Source of the DNA: Podarcis cretensis
Lineage: Eukaryota
Length of the DNA: 64,000 bases
NCBI GenBank assembly: GCA_951804945.1
Contig: OX638153.1
Location: 53,196,001 to 53,260,000 of the forward strand
Direction: 5' to 3'
In this document: piece by piece, positions 52,235-64,000 of the stretch
Position numbering within the stretch: the stretch's first letter is position 1
How the letters are laid out: each line of letters opens with the position of its first letter
Notes under the pieces: model-generated
Told to the model about the DNA's origin: nothing
The model's input: only the letters and a program-made list of their open reading frames with translations
Database searches by the model: none
Position numbers and translations under genes: made by a program

Positions 52235-52501
52235 CAAGGCCAGCTGATGTTTTTCCACTTGAGGCAAAACAGAAAATGCCCCTGAGGTGATTGGAGGTGT
52301 GTTGTGGAAGCCCCAGTGCAATGAAGATGGCACAGGAGGGAAAAAAAAACAAGACCAGAGAGGAGCAGTAGGGTATGTGTGGAGGATGCAAGGAGTGTGA
52401 TTCTCTGGGGGCCAGATCTGCCCCCCCCCCCCCCCCGCAGCTGCCCCAGCCTGCCACCTGAGGTGACTGCCTCACTGAGCCTCATGGGCAAGTCAGCCAT
52501 G
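52235..52501. mobile_element. hAT-type MITE
   Basis: Imperfect TIR CAAGGCCAGCT / AGTCAGCCATG; perfect 8-bp TSD TATACATG at 52227-52234 and 52502-52509. Confidence 0.75.
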
Positions 52502-53191
52502 TATACATGTATACATAAATATTGCAGAGATTTTTATTTTGCACTTAGTTTTTACTTCCTGGGAAACAATGTAAGTCTCAAACTTCATAGCAAGAAGATT
52601 TATGGTGTAATTACTTTAGTATACTGTTGTACAATTTGTAACTTAATGGAAAAGAAATTTACTGGCTCTATTTCAGCTGTCAGAAGTGTCCCTCTGGAGA
52701 ATATGACAAAAATGGAAGGAATAAGTGCTTCTTTAAATGAGTGGGAATGTTTGAATTCAAGGCACTGACTAACCTAGCCAAATATTTTGAAATCAGCTCA
52801 GTTGCTTCTATTGTAATGAAGCAGAAATTAATTAGGCTTCAAGGCAAGGCATAGAAGACCCTGATCTTTTCAAACAAATGATTGCTCCAATCTTTTCAGA
52901 CATGTGATTTGCATCTTGTCAGTCAGCTTTTTCTACTGTAATTGCTTTGAATGCCAGTCTCTTCCAGCACACACCCAGTTTTCTGACAAACTGAGGGAAA
53001 ACTAATTAATAAGCAATCATATGATTTCCAGAACTGAAAAAATAAGAATTTGTAAACAGGAGTGTGTGAATTGGAATTTATTTTTGTGGTTTATTGCTGT
53101 AGACCATGGCGTAAGTGAGACGGTGGACATTAATTTTAAGACAAGAGACCCTCCTGAACCCTGATACCAGCCTGCTCTAAAAAATATCTTA

Positions 53192-53660
53192 AAGGCATTC
53201 ATGTCCAAACTTTTTTCAAAGAGGGCCAGATTTGATGAAGTGAACATGTGTGAGGGCTGGCCAAAGTTGTTGAGCTTTTTTCTAGGATTGCTCCCCACAT
53301 AAATTGTTGGGTTTAACTTACATTTACACTTAGGTGTTGAGGAGACTGTGGTCAAACTTCAAAGAAACAAGCTCTCTGTTATTATTGGCATCTCCTTTTC
53401 TGGGCTCCAGAGACTCCTGAGACTCTACAGCAGCCTTTGTCATGTAGACTACAACATGCAGCTGCAGCAGCAGCAACAGATAGCATGAGAGCCGAGGCCT
53501 GATTTGATGAAGTGAACATGTGCGAGGCCCAACCATTTTGCCTGACATTCTTAGAATCATTAACATTAAATGCAATTTTATGCAACAATTTTATGCAAAG
53601 TTTATTGCAAATGGCATACTTTTCATTTTGTCACATGGATGACAAATCTTTACAGGTGTT
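53192..53660. mobile_element. Partial hAT-like element with an internal direct repeat
   Basis: gatttgatgaagtgaacatgtg is repeated at about 53228 and 53501; it shares aaagttgttgagcttttt with the 43991 MITE. Confidence 0.5.
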
Positions 53661-53968
53661 AAATCACTCTGCCTTTCATATCTGAAGGCCAGATGAAAAA
53701 TAAATCCAGAAAGCTGAAATATATGTCAGGAACATTGTAAAGTACATTCCACAGTAATAAAGGTTGTCTGTCAACTTTTAAGTTCACAACATATGAACAG
53801 GAACATAACACCAGGTATACTTGTTGTGTCCAAATATATTTATACCTGATTTAGACCAACTGACATTAACTGAGATTTTACAATGTACCGTATTCATCTC
53901 ATTTAAAAAATAATAATGCCTGCACTAATGCAAAGGGTGAGTGAAACTGAGATCTTCTGGACTGCGTC

Positions 53969-54123
53969 TGAGGGATCCCCCCCCCCTCCTGCTTGCACGC
54001 AAGTAGGAGTTCGGATCAGGGCTGCTCCGATGGGCAATGTGAAGCCTCCCTTCCCAGGTGAGGGATCCCCACCCCCTCCTATTTGCACACAAGTAGGAAT
54101 TGGATTGGGGCTGCTCTGATGGG
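53969..54123. repeat. Imperfect 65-bp direct repeat (90-bp period) inside a possible solo LTR (about 53890-54288, minus strand)
   Basis: tgagggatcccc...gcaagtagga...gggctgctc(c/t)gatggg at 53969-54034 and 54059-54123. The minus strand starts TGTAACA at 54288 and has a TATATAA box. Confidence 0.6.
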
Positions 54124-56275
54124 AAGGGAGGCACTGCAGGCACTGAGTCGTCCTGTTATATACCTGCTGGGATTGACAAGGCATCTGACCCTCACCTGAA
54201 TCTTATAGCTCTCCTGACAAGTGCTTTGGTTTGCCCACCAGATACCAGGCACTCTACTATTCAAATTAGGCCCCAGTGTTTTTGTTACAATCCCCTTCTC
54301 AATTAAATAATCAATTTTAATCTAGAATTTAAATTCTCAAAACTTTCCTATTTGTTCATTCGAGCAAGTAAACTACTGCCCTCACTTCATTACAAACAGT
54401 ATTTCTACCTGCAACACACTTGAGCAAACCTGCTCCTCTTCCTTTCACAGATATTTTGTTGCCATTTGCAACTGTAGCTGCCTCTGATTAGTTATCATTT
54501 AACTCTTTGGGGAAATAATTAGCATCACACTTCATGTGCATGGAAGTTGCCGAACTAATTAACCAACTAGAATGATTACTGTTAATAGCACCAGTTTTCC
54601 TATAACTTGATATTGCTGGATAGTTTTGATGAACTGCAAAAGCATTTTTAGTTTGCTTTCTCTTGCCACCCTGGAACTTTTTTTATTAGTGCCACTTTGT
54701 TTTGTACGATTCCTTGCAAATGAAGGAAAACAACTTTTCTGCTTGTATATGTTGATAAAATAATTTTGGTTACTGAGGACAAACAAGATTGTACAAAAAC
54801 AAGATTGGGTGCAGGCCTGGCCAGGACATAAGCATCCTGACTGTGACCAAGGTGACCTGTGTGCTTGCTTGCTTAACAGCTGTTGGGAACTTCAAGGTCC
54901 CTGCTCTTCCTTCTTATGGTCTTTGTACTGGACCTGGAGACTCCAACAGAAAGCATTTCATGTCAAGAAGGAGGGCAAGTGGGCACCCTATCAAATGACA
55001 GGGCAGGAGCTACATGAAGCAGGGCCTTTTCACTCGTGGTGCCCATTGTATGCCTTGCTCTTCCCAGACCTGCTCTCTTTTGGTCTGTATTTTGGAGCTT
55101 TATAATTTAGGAAGACTTTGGAAGAACTGGTTGACAAGTCTTATCAGTTGCTGGCGTATAAGCGAATTTTATTTGCTGCTATTCTGGGCTTCTGGTGCAC
55201 CAGGGTTTACACCAGGATAAGAGAGTTGGCCAGGTTGAAAACCACTGCCTTAGAGAAATGCCACACACACACAAAGAAAATATCTCTGTTCACAAGTATG
55301 GTGGAAATTTTTGAGAAGCCATTTGTGCACAGCTAAAGGACCCGCCTTTTGGAAATGTATGAGTGGCACAGCAAATCATATATGGTGAGACAAAAGGTAG
55401 AGCAATGCACACAATAAACCAAGCAAATGCCTATTTTATGATGAGCCAAACTACAACATAGAGTGAATCAAACCAGATCTAACCAAATGGAAAAGGCCAC
55501 AAAGTATTTCTGTGAACAATGTTTCCGATATGAAAATTCAACTGAAAGAAAAGCCCAGCAGGTTTGAAGCTGTCATATGGTCTTTCAGCTATATTCTGTC
55601 AGCTTCACAGCAATCATGAGTTTATACTGATATAATTTACATTCCCTCAAGTATTGGTAAAGATCAGATGCAGAACACATTGGGAAGTCTCCTGACCCTC
55701 ATCTAGCCGGGGCTGGCCCTATTATCAGGCAAAGTGAGGCACTTGCCTTAGGCAGCTGGTGCTGATGGATGGGGAACCCTGAGGAAGTCTTCCCAGACAG
55801 AGCTGTGGGCATCACACACAGCCTGCTGACTTCAGATGTAGCTGAGGACACCGACCCATTTACAGTGTTGAAGTGAGATTGAACTGCCAGAGGGGTTAGC
55901 TTTGTATATGGAACTGGGAGAGACACCATATTACAGTATCTTCTACCTCAGGCACAAAAATGTCTTGAGCTGGGGCCTTTACAGATATTTTCCTTCAGAC
56001 ATAGATTATATGCATGAGGCAAAACCATGCCTGCTGGCCCTGCCCTTTATGTCAAGTTCCCTACCAGCTCCATGTTCTGTGCAGTATCTGAAAAGAGGAG
56101 CAGGCACAGTCCCATTCGACCCCACCCCCATGAGGATAAAAGCATCTGTGTTAACGGGCTATTATCATGATCCAATAGATCGTTGTTTTTTCCAAATATA
56201 TACCAGCACTAACAGCAAGAGGTCCAGTACAAAAGGAACCTCATTTTACAACTAATTCAAAATAAATAATAAAAC

Positions 56276-56650
56276 AATAAGAATAATAATAATAATAATT
56301 TATTATTTATACCCCGCCCATCTGGCTGAGTTTCCCCAGCCACTCTGGGCGGCTCCCAATCAGTGTTAAAAACAGTACAGCATTACATATTAAAAACTTC
56401 CCTGAACAGGGCTGCCTTAAGATGTCTTCTGAATGTCAGGTAATTCTTTATCTCTTTGACATCTGATGGGAGGGCGTTCCACAGGGCGGGCGCCACTACC
56501 AAGAAGGCCCTCTGTCTGGTTCCCTGTAGCCTCACTTCTCGCAATGAGGGAACCGCCAGAAGGCCCTCGGTGCTGCATCTCAGTGTCCCGGCTGAACGAT
56601 GGGGGTGGAGATGCTCCTTCAGGTATACAGGACCGAGGCCGTTTAGGGCT
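56276..56650 (-). mobile_element. L2-type LINE 3' end with (TAA)n tail
   Basis: Collinear with 34895-35310 and retains more CpG. Confidence 0.82.
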
Positions 56651-58167
56651 TCACTTACCCATCACAGCTGCATTTGAAACATTAATTAATCATTTGGTAT
56701 TAGATACTTCTGTCTAGTAACACGTTAATGCAATTTTCACAGCTGTCAATAGGCTTTTAATAATATAGCTACATAACAATGATATATAGATCACTTAATA
56801 GTTATCAAAGTAATTCAGTATGAAGGTTATTATATCAAATTCAACCATATTCCTGTCATTTGCAAAGCAATGCCAGCTACTTGGGTCTAATATTCTTGGA
56901 CAATCCCCAATATGGCTCACATCTGTCTTTTGAACGGCTCTTAAGATATGCTATTTTACCTGAAATTTATTCTTAATGGATTTGCATGACATTCCAAATA
57001 CATTGCATGACATTCCAAATACATTCCATCAACTCATACAAATCTGAAAGCTTTTTACCCCCTTCACAGAGTTCATTGTTTTAAACATAGACAGATGTGG
57101 AATTACATTTGAAGACATTTTTTATCTTCTACCTTGCTGGCTCTGAGAAAGAGGTTTTTCTCTCCAGGCTAAGAATGAAAATTCCCTGTAGTTTTGCCAG
57201 TACAACAAGTCAACATAGAGCTGTCATGTTGCATTTATTAGGATTAGAATCACAATTGAGCATAGAACCACCAATCAGATCTTAAGGCTCCTATTATCCC
57301 AGACATAGCAGGTCCCAGAAGAACTTATTATCCACACACATGGGGAACTTGCAGGTGGCTAAGTCACATTTAAGAGCATATAACTAATTAACTTTGATTA
57401 GCTTCATGAAGAGCTATGTGGGCATATCCATTCACTTCCATTATTATTATTATAAGTATATGTTCCTTTATTTTATGAGGCCATACAGCGAAAGATGGGG
57501 AAAACAAGATAGATTAGATGTTCAGAATTGTAAATGCCACAGCTACAAAATGTTTGTAAAGGTGAACATTACCATCTTCAGGTTTCTCTAAGGCCCAATC
57601 TCCCTCCACTAATTCCACAAGCTTCCTCATATCTGCCAGCCCCCATGCAATATTCCTTCTGCCCCTACAATCTGTCCTTTATAATAATAACAGCCAAAAG
57701 GCATGAACCTTACGCAAGCTTTCATTATGGATAGCAAATGAGTTTCTTTGCCACACTCCTCTAAACTTACTAAATTCAAAACAAATATTTATGATACAAA
57801 ATGATAACTGCAAGGGATGGTTGGGAGTGAAAAGGTTAAGTCCCATATCCATAAGCATAAACACATTAATGGTGCGATCCTATACATGTCAACTCAGCAT
57901 TAAGTTCAATGGGTTTTAGTCCCAGATAAATGCACAGGACTGCAGCATGAAACTTAAAAATCTACTAGACTGATGTTCAAAAGACTGGACAATGACAATG
58001 TGTATTTTGATAAAGCTGCTTCATTTCTTTGGAATATTCTGAATGGATGGAGCCACAGAACTCAACCTGCTTTTGCTACCAATTCATTTTTTATGGCAAA
58101 TCTAGTCCAATGCGACAAAGTTATATTTTCACACATTTCTCAGATCACATGTAGATTGCAAGATTCC

Positions 58168-58320
58168 TGGGATAGCTCAGCTGGTAGAACATGAGACAAT
58201 TCCAGGGTTGTGGATTCAAGCCCCACTTTGGGTGAAAGGTTCCTGCACTGCAGGCAGTTGGACTAGATGACCATCTTGATCCCTCTTCCATTTCTATGGT
58301 TTCCATTTCCATTTCTATGA
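58168..58320 (+). mobile_element. Short tRNA-derived SINE with CR1-like tail
   Basis: gggatagctcagctggtaga (A box), ggattcaagccc (B box), ggactagatgacc...ttctatga tail. Confidence 0.75.
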
Positions 58321-58517
58321 CATCTGTTTCCTAAAAGAAAGCCAGATTCCCATATGCGTTTTTGATGTGGTAAATTTATTAGGGCTTTGCCAGATTAAGC
58401 ACCCTAAATTGGGTTTGAGTCCACCTGGGATGATCCATACCAATTTCAGAATCAATCTGAGTCCTTTAGCAGTCCCAGATTACTCTGGGTGGACCTCGCC
58501 TGGGGCTGCTGTGACCT

Positions 58518-58857
58518 GAGCGGTGGAGGAAGCCTCTCGGGCACCTGGGGTGGCGTGCCCAGGAGTGGGGCAAACCGCCCAGAGGGCTGCCCCCTGCCAT
58601 CCCTATGGGTGCCACGGCACGGCTCGTCCCTAGGGTGCCCACAGGGATGGGGCACGCAGCGGGGCCTCAGGCACCCTACAGTGGGGGGGAGGCAGTGGGC
58701 GGACAGCATGGAGCCAGCGGGCACCAAGACGCATGCCTCATGCACGCTGCAGGCCCTGCAATGACAAGTGCCACCCGCCATTTTGTCACCCCTCGTCAGG
58801 GTGACACCCAGGGTAGACTGCAAACCCCCCCCCCGTACCCCCCTTCTTTTGCCCCTG
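58518..58857. mobile_element. GC-rich hAT-type MITE
   Basis: Perfect TSD TGTGACCT at 58510-58517 and 58858-58865; imperfect TIR GAGCGGTGGAGGAAG / CTTCTTTTGCCCCTG. Confidence 0.8.
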
Positions 58858-59223
58858 TGTGACCTGCTCTGGGAAAATCCCATATTGACCTGTATTTGCC
58901 CAATTCAGTTCCAGATCTAGGATTTGTCCAGAGCCAGTGCACAGCCCTAGACGTCACCATGACCCATGCTTTCATCAGTTACCACCTCATAGTGGATGTT
59001 TTATCAGAAGCATCTACTTGCAATTAGGTTTGAGGTTTTACATATCCTGAAAGCAAAGTCACTGTGGATTAGATCCAGTAGTTTTCCATTTTCATGAGCT
59101 GAACATTGCTTCCACAAAGGCAATCTCATTTGGAACATGATCTAACTGGGCCATCTCCAAGGGACTCAACCCTATAGGTATATCTTGTGATCATTGCTTT
59201 TAATTTCTTCCAAACTAGAGGGT

Positions 59224-59709
59224 TTGTGATTTGAGGACCCGATCCCCGCTTGGGGAATAAAGACACGTGGACACAGAATGTAAGGTTAATGAGTAAGGTA
59301 AAGGCCACAACTTTATTGATTACAGCATGTGAGAAGGTATTGGCTTAGGCATTGGACCACAGAACATTAGACTCCACCCACTCATAGAGGGGTGAGTCTG
59401 AGGAGGGGTTAACCACCAGTAGGGGAAGCCTGTTGATGCTAATCCAACTATAGGCTCTCTTCCAACTCTATGATTCTATTCTATGACTTTCTACTCGTTG
59501 GGAAGCCCAATACCGGCAAATGTGCCTCCCCCTTCTGGAGGCCTTTTCAGCTTTGGCCCAGGAGCTGGGAGTTCCCCTCACAGCAGATAAGACGGACCCT
59601 CAACGCATCTTACTTACCTGGGTATGGAGCTTGACACAGCAGCTCAATCCGCCCACCTGCCAGAGGGGAAAATAGTTGCCCTTAAGGAAACAATTCGTCA
59701 AACCCTTCC

Positions 59710-59748
<39 letters not shown>

Positions 59749-60893
59749 GTCGCTCTTAGACAGGTCCAGTCCTTGCTAGATCATTTCAACTTTGCATGTA
59801 GAGTAGTTTCACCAGGCCGCCCATTTTGCTCCCGCTTAGCCAGGCTGTCAGCGGGCCTCAAGCATCCGCACCATAGAGTAAGACTCCCCAAGTCAGTCAA
59901 GGCGGATTTTGAGATGTGGATCAGATTTCTGGAACACTACAACGGAGTCTCCCTATGGCAGGAAATCCTTAATTTGGCCTCTGATTTCCAGGTCCACTCC
60001 AATGCGGCAGGGTCCCTGGGCTTTGGTCTGTTCTTTAAGGGACGTTGGTGCGCGCAACAATGGCCAGCAGAGTGGCAAGGGGAGGCCATCATGCGGGATC
60101 TCACTTTTCTGGAGTTTTTTCTCATAGTTGTGGCGGTTCACATATGGACCGAGGAGTTCCGGAATCGCCGGGTGTGCTTCAGAACTGATAACCAGGCCGT
60201 GGTTAACATACTGGCTAGCAGTCATTGCGTTCTGAGAGGGGTCTCGCCTACTTCGATCATTTGTGCTCCGATGCCTTGCTTCCGGTTGTTAGCACCTTGG
60301 GCTCAGCTGCTGCCAGAACCCTTTCCGGATCATCTACGGAACCTTGGAGACGTGAAGTGATCAAGGGAGTATTAGCGTCTGTTGCACACTCTACCCTCAG
60401 GTCTTATAAGAAAGTATGGTGCGACTTCACAGGTTTCAGGTCCAAAGTATCGTCCCTTTCCCCTATCGTATGAAACTTAGGTCAATTTCCCTTGAAATTT
60501 GAATCCCAGCAAATGAAAGTCATTGGGATGAACCGGCAATAGACAGAAGGCTGACTCTATGTCACATTTTTTTAAAAGCAGTAAAGCAATGAGTGCACGC
60601 AAGCCTCCTAAATTTAAAAAGGCAAGCCAGGAACCAGACAGCCTCCACACACACAAACACCCCTGACTCCAAACCTCGTGGCTGAGCTCTTCCCTGCAAT
60701 GACTCCTGACTCGAAGAAAATGTGTGTGCAATGGTGGCGATCGCTGGCGCGGCTGCGTTTGAGCATTGGGTGCCCAACTGGGGAGGGGCGTGGCGCCAGC
60801 CCTGGAGTTGAAGCAGGGGGTGGAGCGCCCCCTGCATGACGTGGGAATCATCTCCCGATCACAACCCCTCCCCTCCTGGGAGGAGGAAAGGCT
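59224..60893 (-). mobile_element. Rearranged, deleted Ngaro/DIRS tyrosine-recombinase retrotransposon
   Basis: Termini match 23845-24633 on the minus strand. RT motif KCDIESAF.LLPVHP.DFHLLGF is on the minus strand (60477-60570). An RT-end/RNase H/YR-start block is on the plus strand (59483-60472). Confidence 0.88.
59483..60472 (+). pseudogene. Ngaro/DIRS RT C-terminus, RNase H and start of tyrosine recombinase (disrupted)
   Basis: DFLLVG...ELGVPL...LGMELDT; LLDHFNFACRVVSPGRPF; SNAAGSLGFG...WCAQQW...LTFLEFF.IVVAVHIW...FRTDNQAVV (RNase H); LASVAHSTLRSYKKVW (YR N-terminus). Frameshifts and a (TAA)n tract at 59709-59747. Confidence 0.85.
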
Positions 60894-61416
60894 TTACGTA
60901 AAAGTGTCCTTTCCACTGCAGCTATTTTGTCTAACCACTTAAATGTTTTCCAGTGGGATCTTACTAATATTTTTTTCACTTCAGTTTGGCTCCTTGTCAT
61001 AAAAATAGGAAATTTATGCAATAATATAACCTAAGTATAGCTCTGTACATTTTGGGGCTAGCCTGCTCCCATACACTATGACAAATTATGTGTAAAAACT
61101 GAAGCTGTTTGAGGGAAATTTATCCCTTGTCATCTTTAGCATAGCAATGTGTCAGAACTCATCAGAGTCTAGTATTTGCCTGAGTGAGAAATGGGAAACT
61201 GGAAGTTTTGCTTTTGGGGAAAGACTGGTATTAAATGTATATTACCATATGCAGGACTCTTGAATAGGCACTGCCATTTACTAAGCTAGACTTGTCTGAC
61301 AACAGCTACTAATACTATTTGGCATAGTGACAGGCAATGATTAGATGAGAAGATGTAAATCTAGGAGGAAGGTTGGATGCTAGGTACTAGCACATCCCTT
61401 TTATCTTATAAAAATA

Positions 61417-61633
61417 CAGTGGTACCTCAGGTTAAGTACTTAATTCAATCTGTTCTTAACCTGAAGCACCACTTTAGCTAATGGGGTCTCCTGCTGCCAC
61501 CGTGCTGCTGGAGCACGATTTCTGTTCTCATCCTGAAGCAAAATTCTTAACCTGAAGCACTATTTCTGGGTTAGCGGAGTCTGTAACCTGAAGCGTTTGT
61601 AACCTGAAGCGTATGTAACCTGAGGTACCACTG
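61417..61633. mobile_element. Tc1/mariner-superfamily (Tigger-like) MITE
   Basis: TA|CAGTGGTACCTCAGGTTA ... TAACCTGAGGTACCACTG|TA; inverted relative to 25721-25958. Confidence 0.9.
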
Positions 61634-62422
61634 TACAGCATTAAGACTAATAGAGCTTTCTCAGTCTTTTAATCAAGGGAAGATACAAATGTAAAATTTA
61701 GGTATGCCAAAATGCAGTAATTGGACCAGAATCCAATTGCTAGCAATCAACAAGAATTATTTAGCATTAATCATTTATGTGCCATTTTTAGTGTCCAATG
61801 CTCTGCAATCATTATCTCATTCATCCCAACAATTATCCCTTGTGGTAGGTAGTTATTATTCTTCCCCACTTACAGATGGGAAACTGATACTGACAACTCA
61901 AAACCTACTTGCCACTATACCTGTAGTTTACTGGACAAGAACTCACCCCTACTAAACTGGAGAAGAATTGCATGGACCTCTTCCAGTCTGGTGGAAGATC
62001 CAAATCCATACTAGATCCTGGGAACAGGGGCAGCTTCACCTCTAGAAGATAATCTCTTCTTAAAAGGGATTTGGAGGTCAGCAAGGAATTGACTTCTATG
62101 GACCAATGCCCACATTCCCCCCCTAATCTTTCTAGAGTGGTTATCTCCAGCATGAATGCAAGAGCAGGTGTGAAGAGAGCCAGTTCTGATCTTCTTTGGC
62201 AGTCTTCTACAGCCTGGTGTACTCCAGTTGTTTTGGACTACAGTTCTCATCCCATCAGCCCCAGCCAGCATGGGCATGATGGAAGCCGTAGTCCAGGTTG
62301 GGGTCCAAAGGTGGACAAACTACCCCAGAAGGAGCATGACGTGTCCTGCAACCAGAGTTGCTACCCCTTCCCTAACACCCCATACACTTTTTATATTAAC
62401 CTCTTACTAATTGTGTGGTTTT

Positions 62423-62676
62423 GGGGACGCAGGTGGCGCTGTGGGTTAAAGCCTCAGCGCCTAGGGCTTGCCGATCGAAAGGTCGGTGGTTCAAATCCCT
62501 GCGGCGGGGTGCGCTCCCCCTGCTCGGTCCCAGCGCCTGCCAACCTAGCAGTTCGAAAGCACCTCGGGGTGCAAGTAGATAAATAGGCCCCTGGCCTCTT
62601 AAGTGAGATGGGCGCACAACCCCAGAGTCTGTCAAGACTGGCCCGTACGGGCAGGGGTACCTTTACCTTTTTACCT
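62423..62676 (+). mobile_element. Sauria SINE, young subfamily, with a ~111-bp internal deletion
   Basis: Intact head and tail; junction AAATAGG|CCCCTGG; 15-bp TSD TAATTGTGTGGTTTT at 62408-62422 and 62677-62691. Confidence 0.93.
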
Positions 62677-64000
62677 TAATTGTGTGGTTTTAGTATCACT
62701 TCCCCTTGTCCTCTCCATAGCTGGTTAGACCACTGAGACTGTCCAGTGATTACTTTCAGCTGATATCCTCACTGAAATGGAACTATCCAACACAATTCCT
62801 AGACATCATTGAGAAAGAACAAATCATGACAGCTAGCCACTTCAATGTCATTAAACACAGAGAACAAAACTGAGAGGAAAGATTATTTTCATTTTAAAAC
62901 CTTCCAATTTAAAACCACAAAAAATGAAAGAAGTTGCAAATAATGGGTGACTGGGTACATTTCCTAATGGCGGGAGCCTGTTGAACTGCAGAATCTCCTT
63001 CCCACAGAATTGGTTAAAATACAATTCCTTGAGTAATTTGAAACCAAAGTGGACAAAACACTTGAGAATCTACTAAGGGAAAAGAGACCTGCAGCCATAA
63101 TAACAGGGTCTGACGGTCCATGTCTATCACAGTCTTATTGTTCCACTTTGTTGCTTGCAGCATACAATATAATGCAATTTCAATGCTAGGATTATATTTA
63201 CATTTGTAGCAAAAGTCCCAGGAGGCTTCTCTAATACTGATGCATAACGTGGATGGAAAACATTCGTGCTATCACTTTAGTATGAGGATTACAAACCACA
63301 GAAATAGTTCGTTGTTTATTGCACAGACTTTGGGAAATCATCAAAGGAAACTGGTTAACAACTAACCAGTTGATGAGGTTTTCAGTGCAGACCACCTATC
63401 AATGTGTGTAACTACCAATAACTCTGCTGGACAGTAACAAAAAAATAAGCTGCCCAATAGGTATCTGAGACACTCGTTCAACTGCATTTAATACAGCTAT
63501 TGCAGCAGCAGTAGGTGTCCAAGCCAGGGATACAAGACAGGTCAAATGAAATAGTGACAACGTAGGAGTGGGGGGGAACCACCGCAAATGTGTCAGTTCT
63601 ATCACAGAGATGTTTTCTTCCATAGCATCTCAAAAAAAATTGAAAATACATATTCAGACCACTCTTTTGGCCATTTGGTTGGTAGGCCCATGCAGATTTT
63701 TTTTTTAAGTTGTGGGGGAGAGTTTTGATTTCTCTTTGAGGAATGCTTACAAAAGTGTTATAGTACTGAAGAGACATTGGATAGTAAATTGTCTACTCTG
63801 TAAGTCTGACGATTTCATCACTTTTTGTTCCTGTACATTTCCTTACCCCTTCTTCATTATTAGAGTCTCATAGACAGATTACCTAGAGTGGCCTTGTGTT
63901 CGACTTTGCAGAGGATACACCTTTATTTTGAAAGGCCATCAGAGGACAGTTGTCAGTTTGAAGGTGTCTTCTCTTAGAAGGCTGTCCCATCCAAATCTGG

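Noticed and set aside
58518-58857. CpG-island promoter or 143-aa ORF
   Set aside because: The GC-rich block is exactly bounded by an 8-bp TSD, so it is a MITE.
61950-62200. 171-aa ORF or possible LINE endonuclease relic
   Set aside because: The ORF runs through a MITE and a SINE; the endonuclease resemblance is too weak to call.

Overview
Eukaryotic, repeat-rich DNA from a squamate reptile, probably a lacertid lizard (Sauria SINEs, Bov-B, lizard-type L1/L2/CR1). It contains no intact long protein-coding gene. Apart from short LINE and Ngaro/DIRS fragments, the six-frame ORF track is essentially noise. The window looks like the large 5' intronic region of a minus-strand gene. Four short exons with canonical splice signals (49053-49140, 33801-33939, 17895-17977, 2714-2796) form a uORF-rich leader. 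From memory, unverified, I recognise this as the 5' leader of an ENOX-family gene, most likely ENOX2, whose main CDS would lie beyond position 1. Three of these exons splice in phase into an 83-aa upstream ORF. The introns hold six Sauria SINEs of two subfamilies, two Bov-B 3' fragments, an RTE 3' end, L2/CR1 fragments, many hAT and Tc1/mariner-type MITEs and a probable tandem Helitron-like relic. They also hold an L1 copy in which the end of ORF1 is fused to the end of ORF2, and two Ngaro/DIRS tyrosine-recombinase retroelement copies (one solo repeat, one internally inverted). An 819-nt assembly gap lies at 50366-51184.
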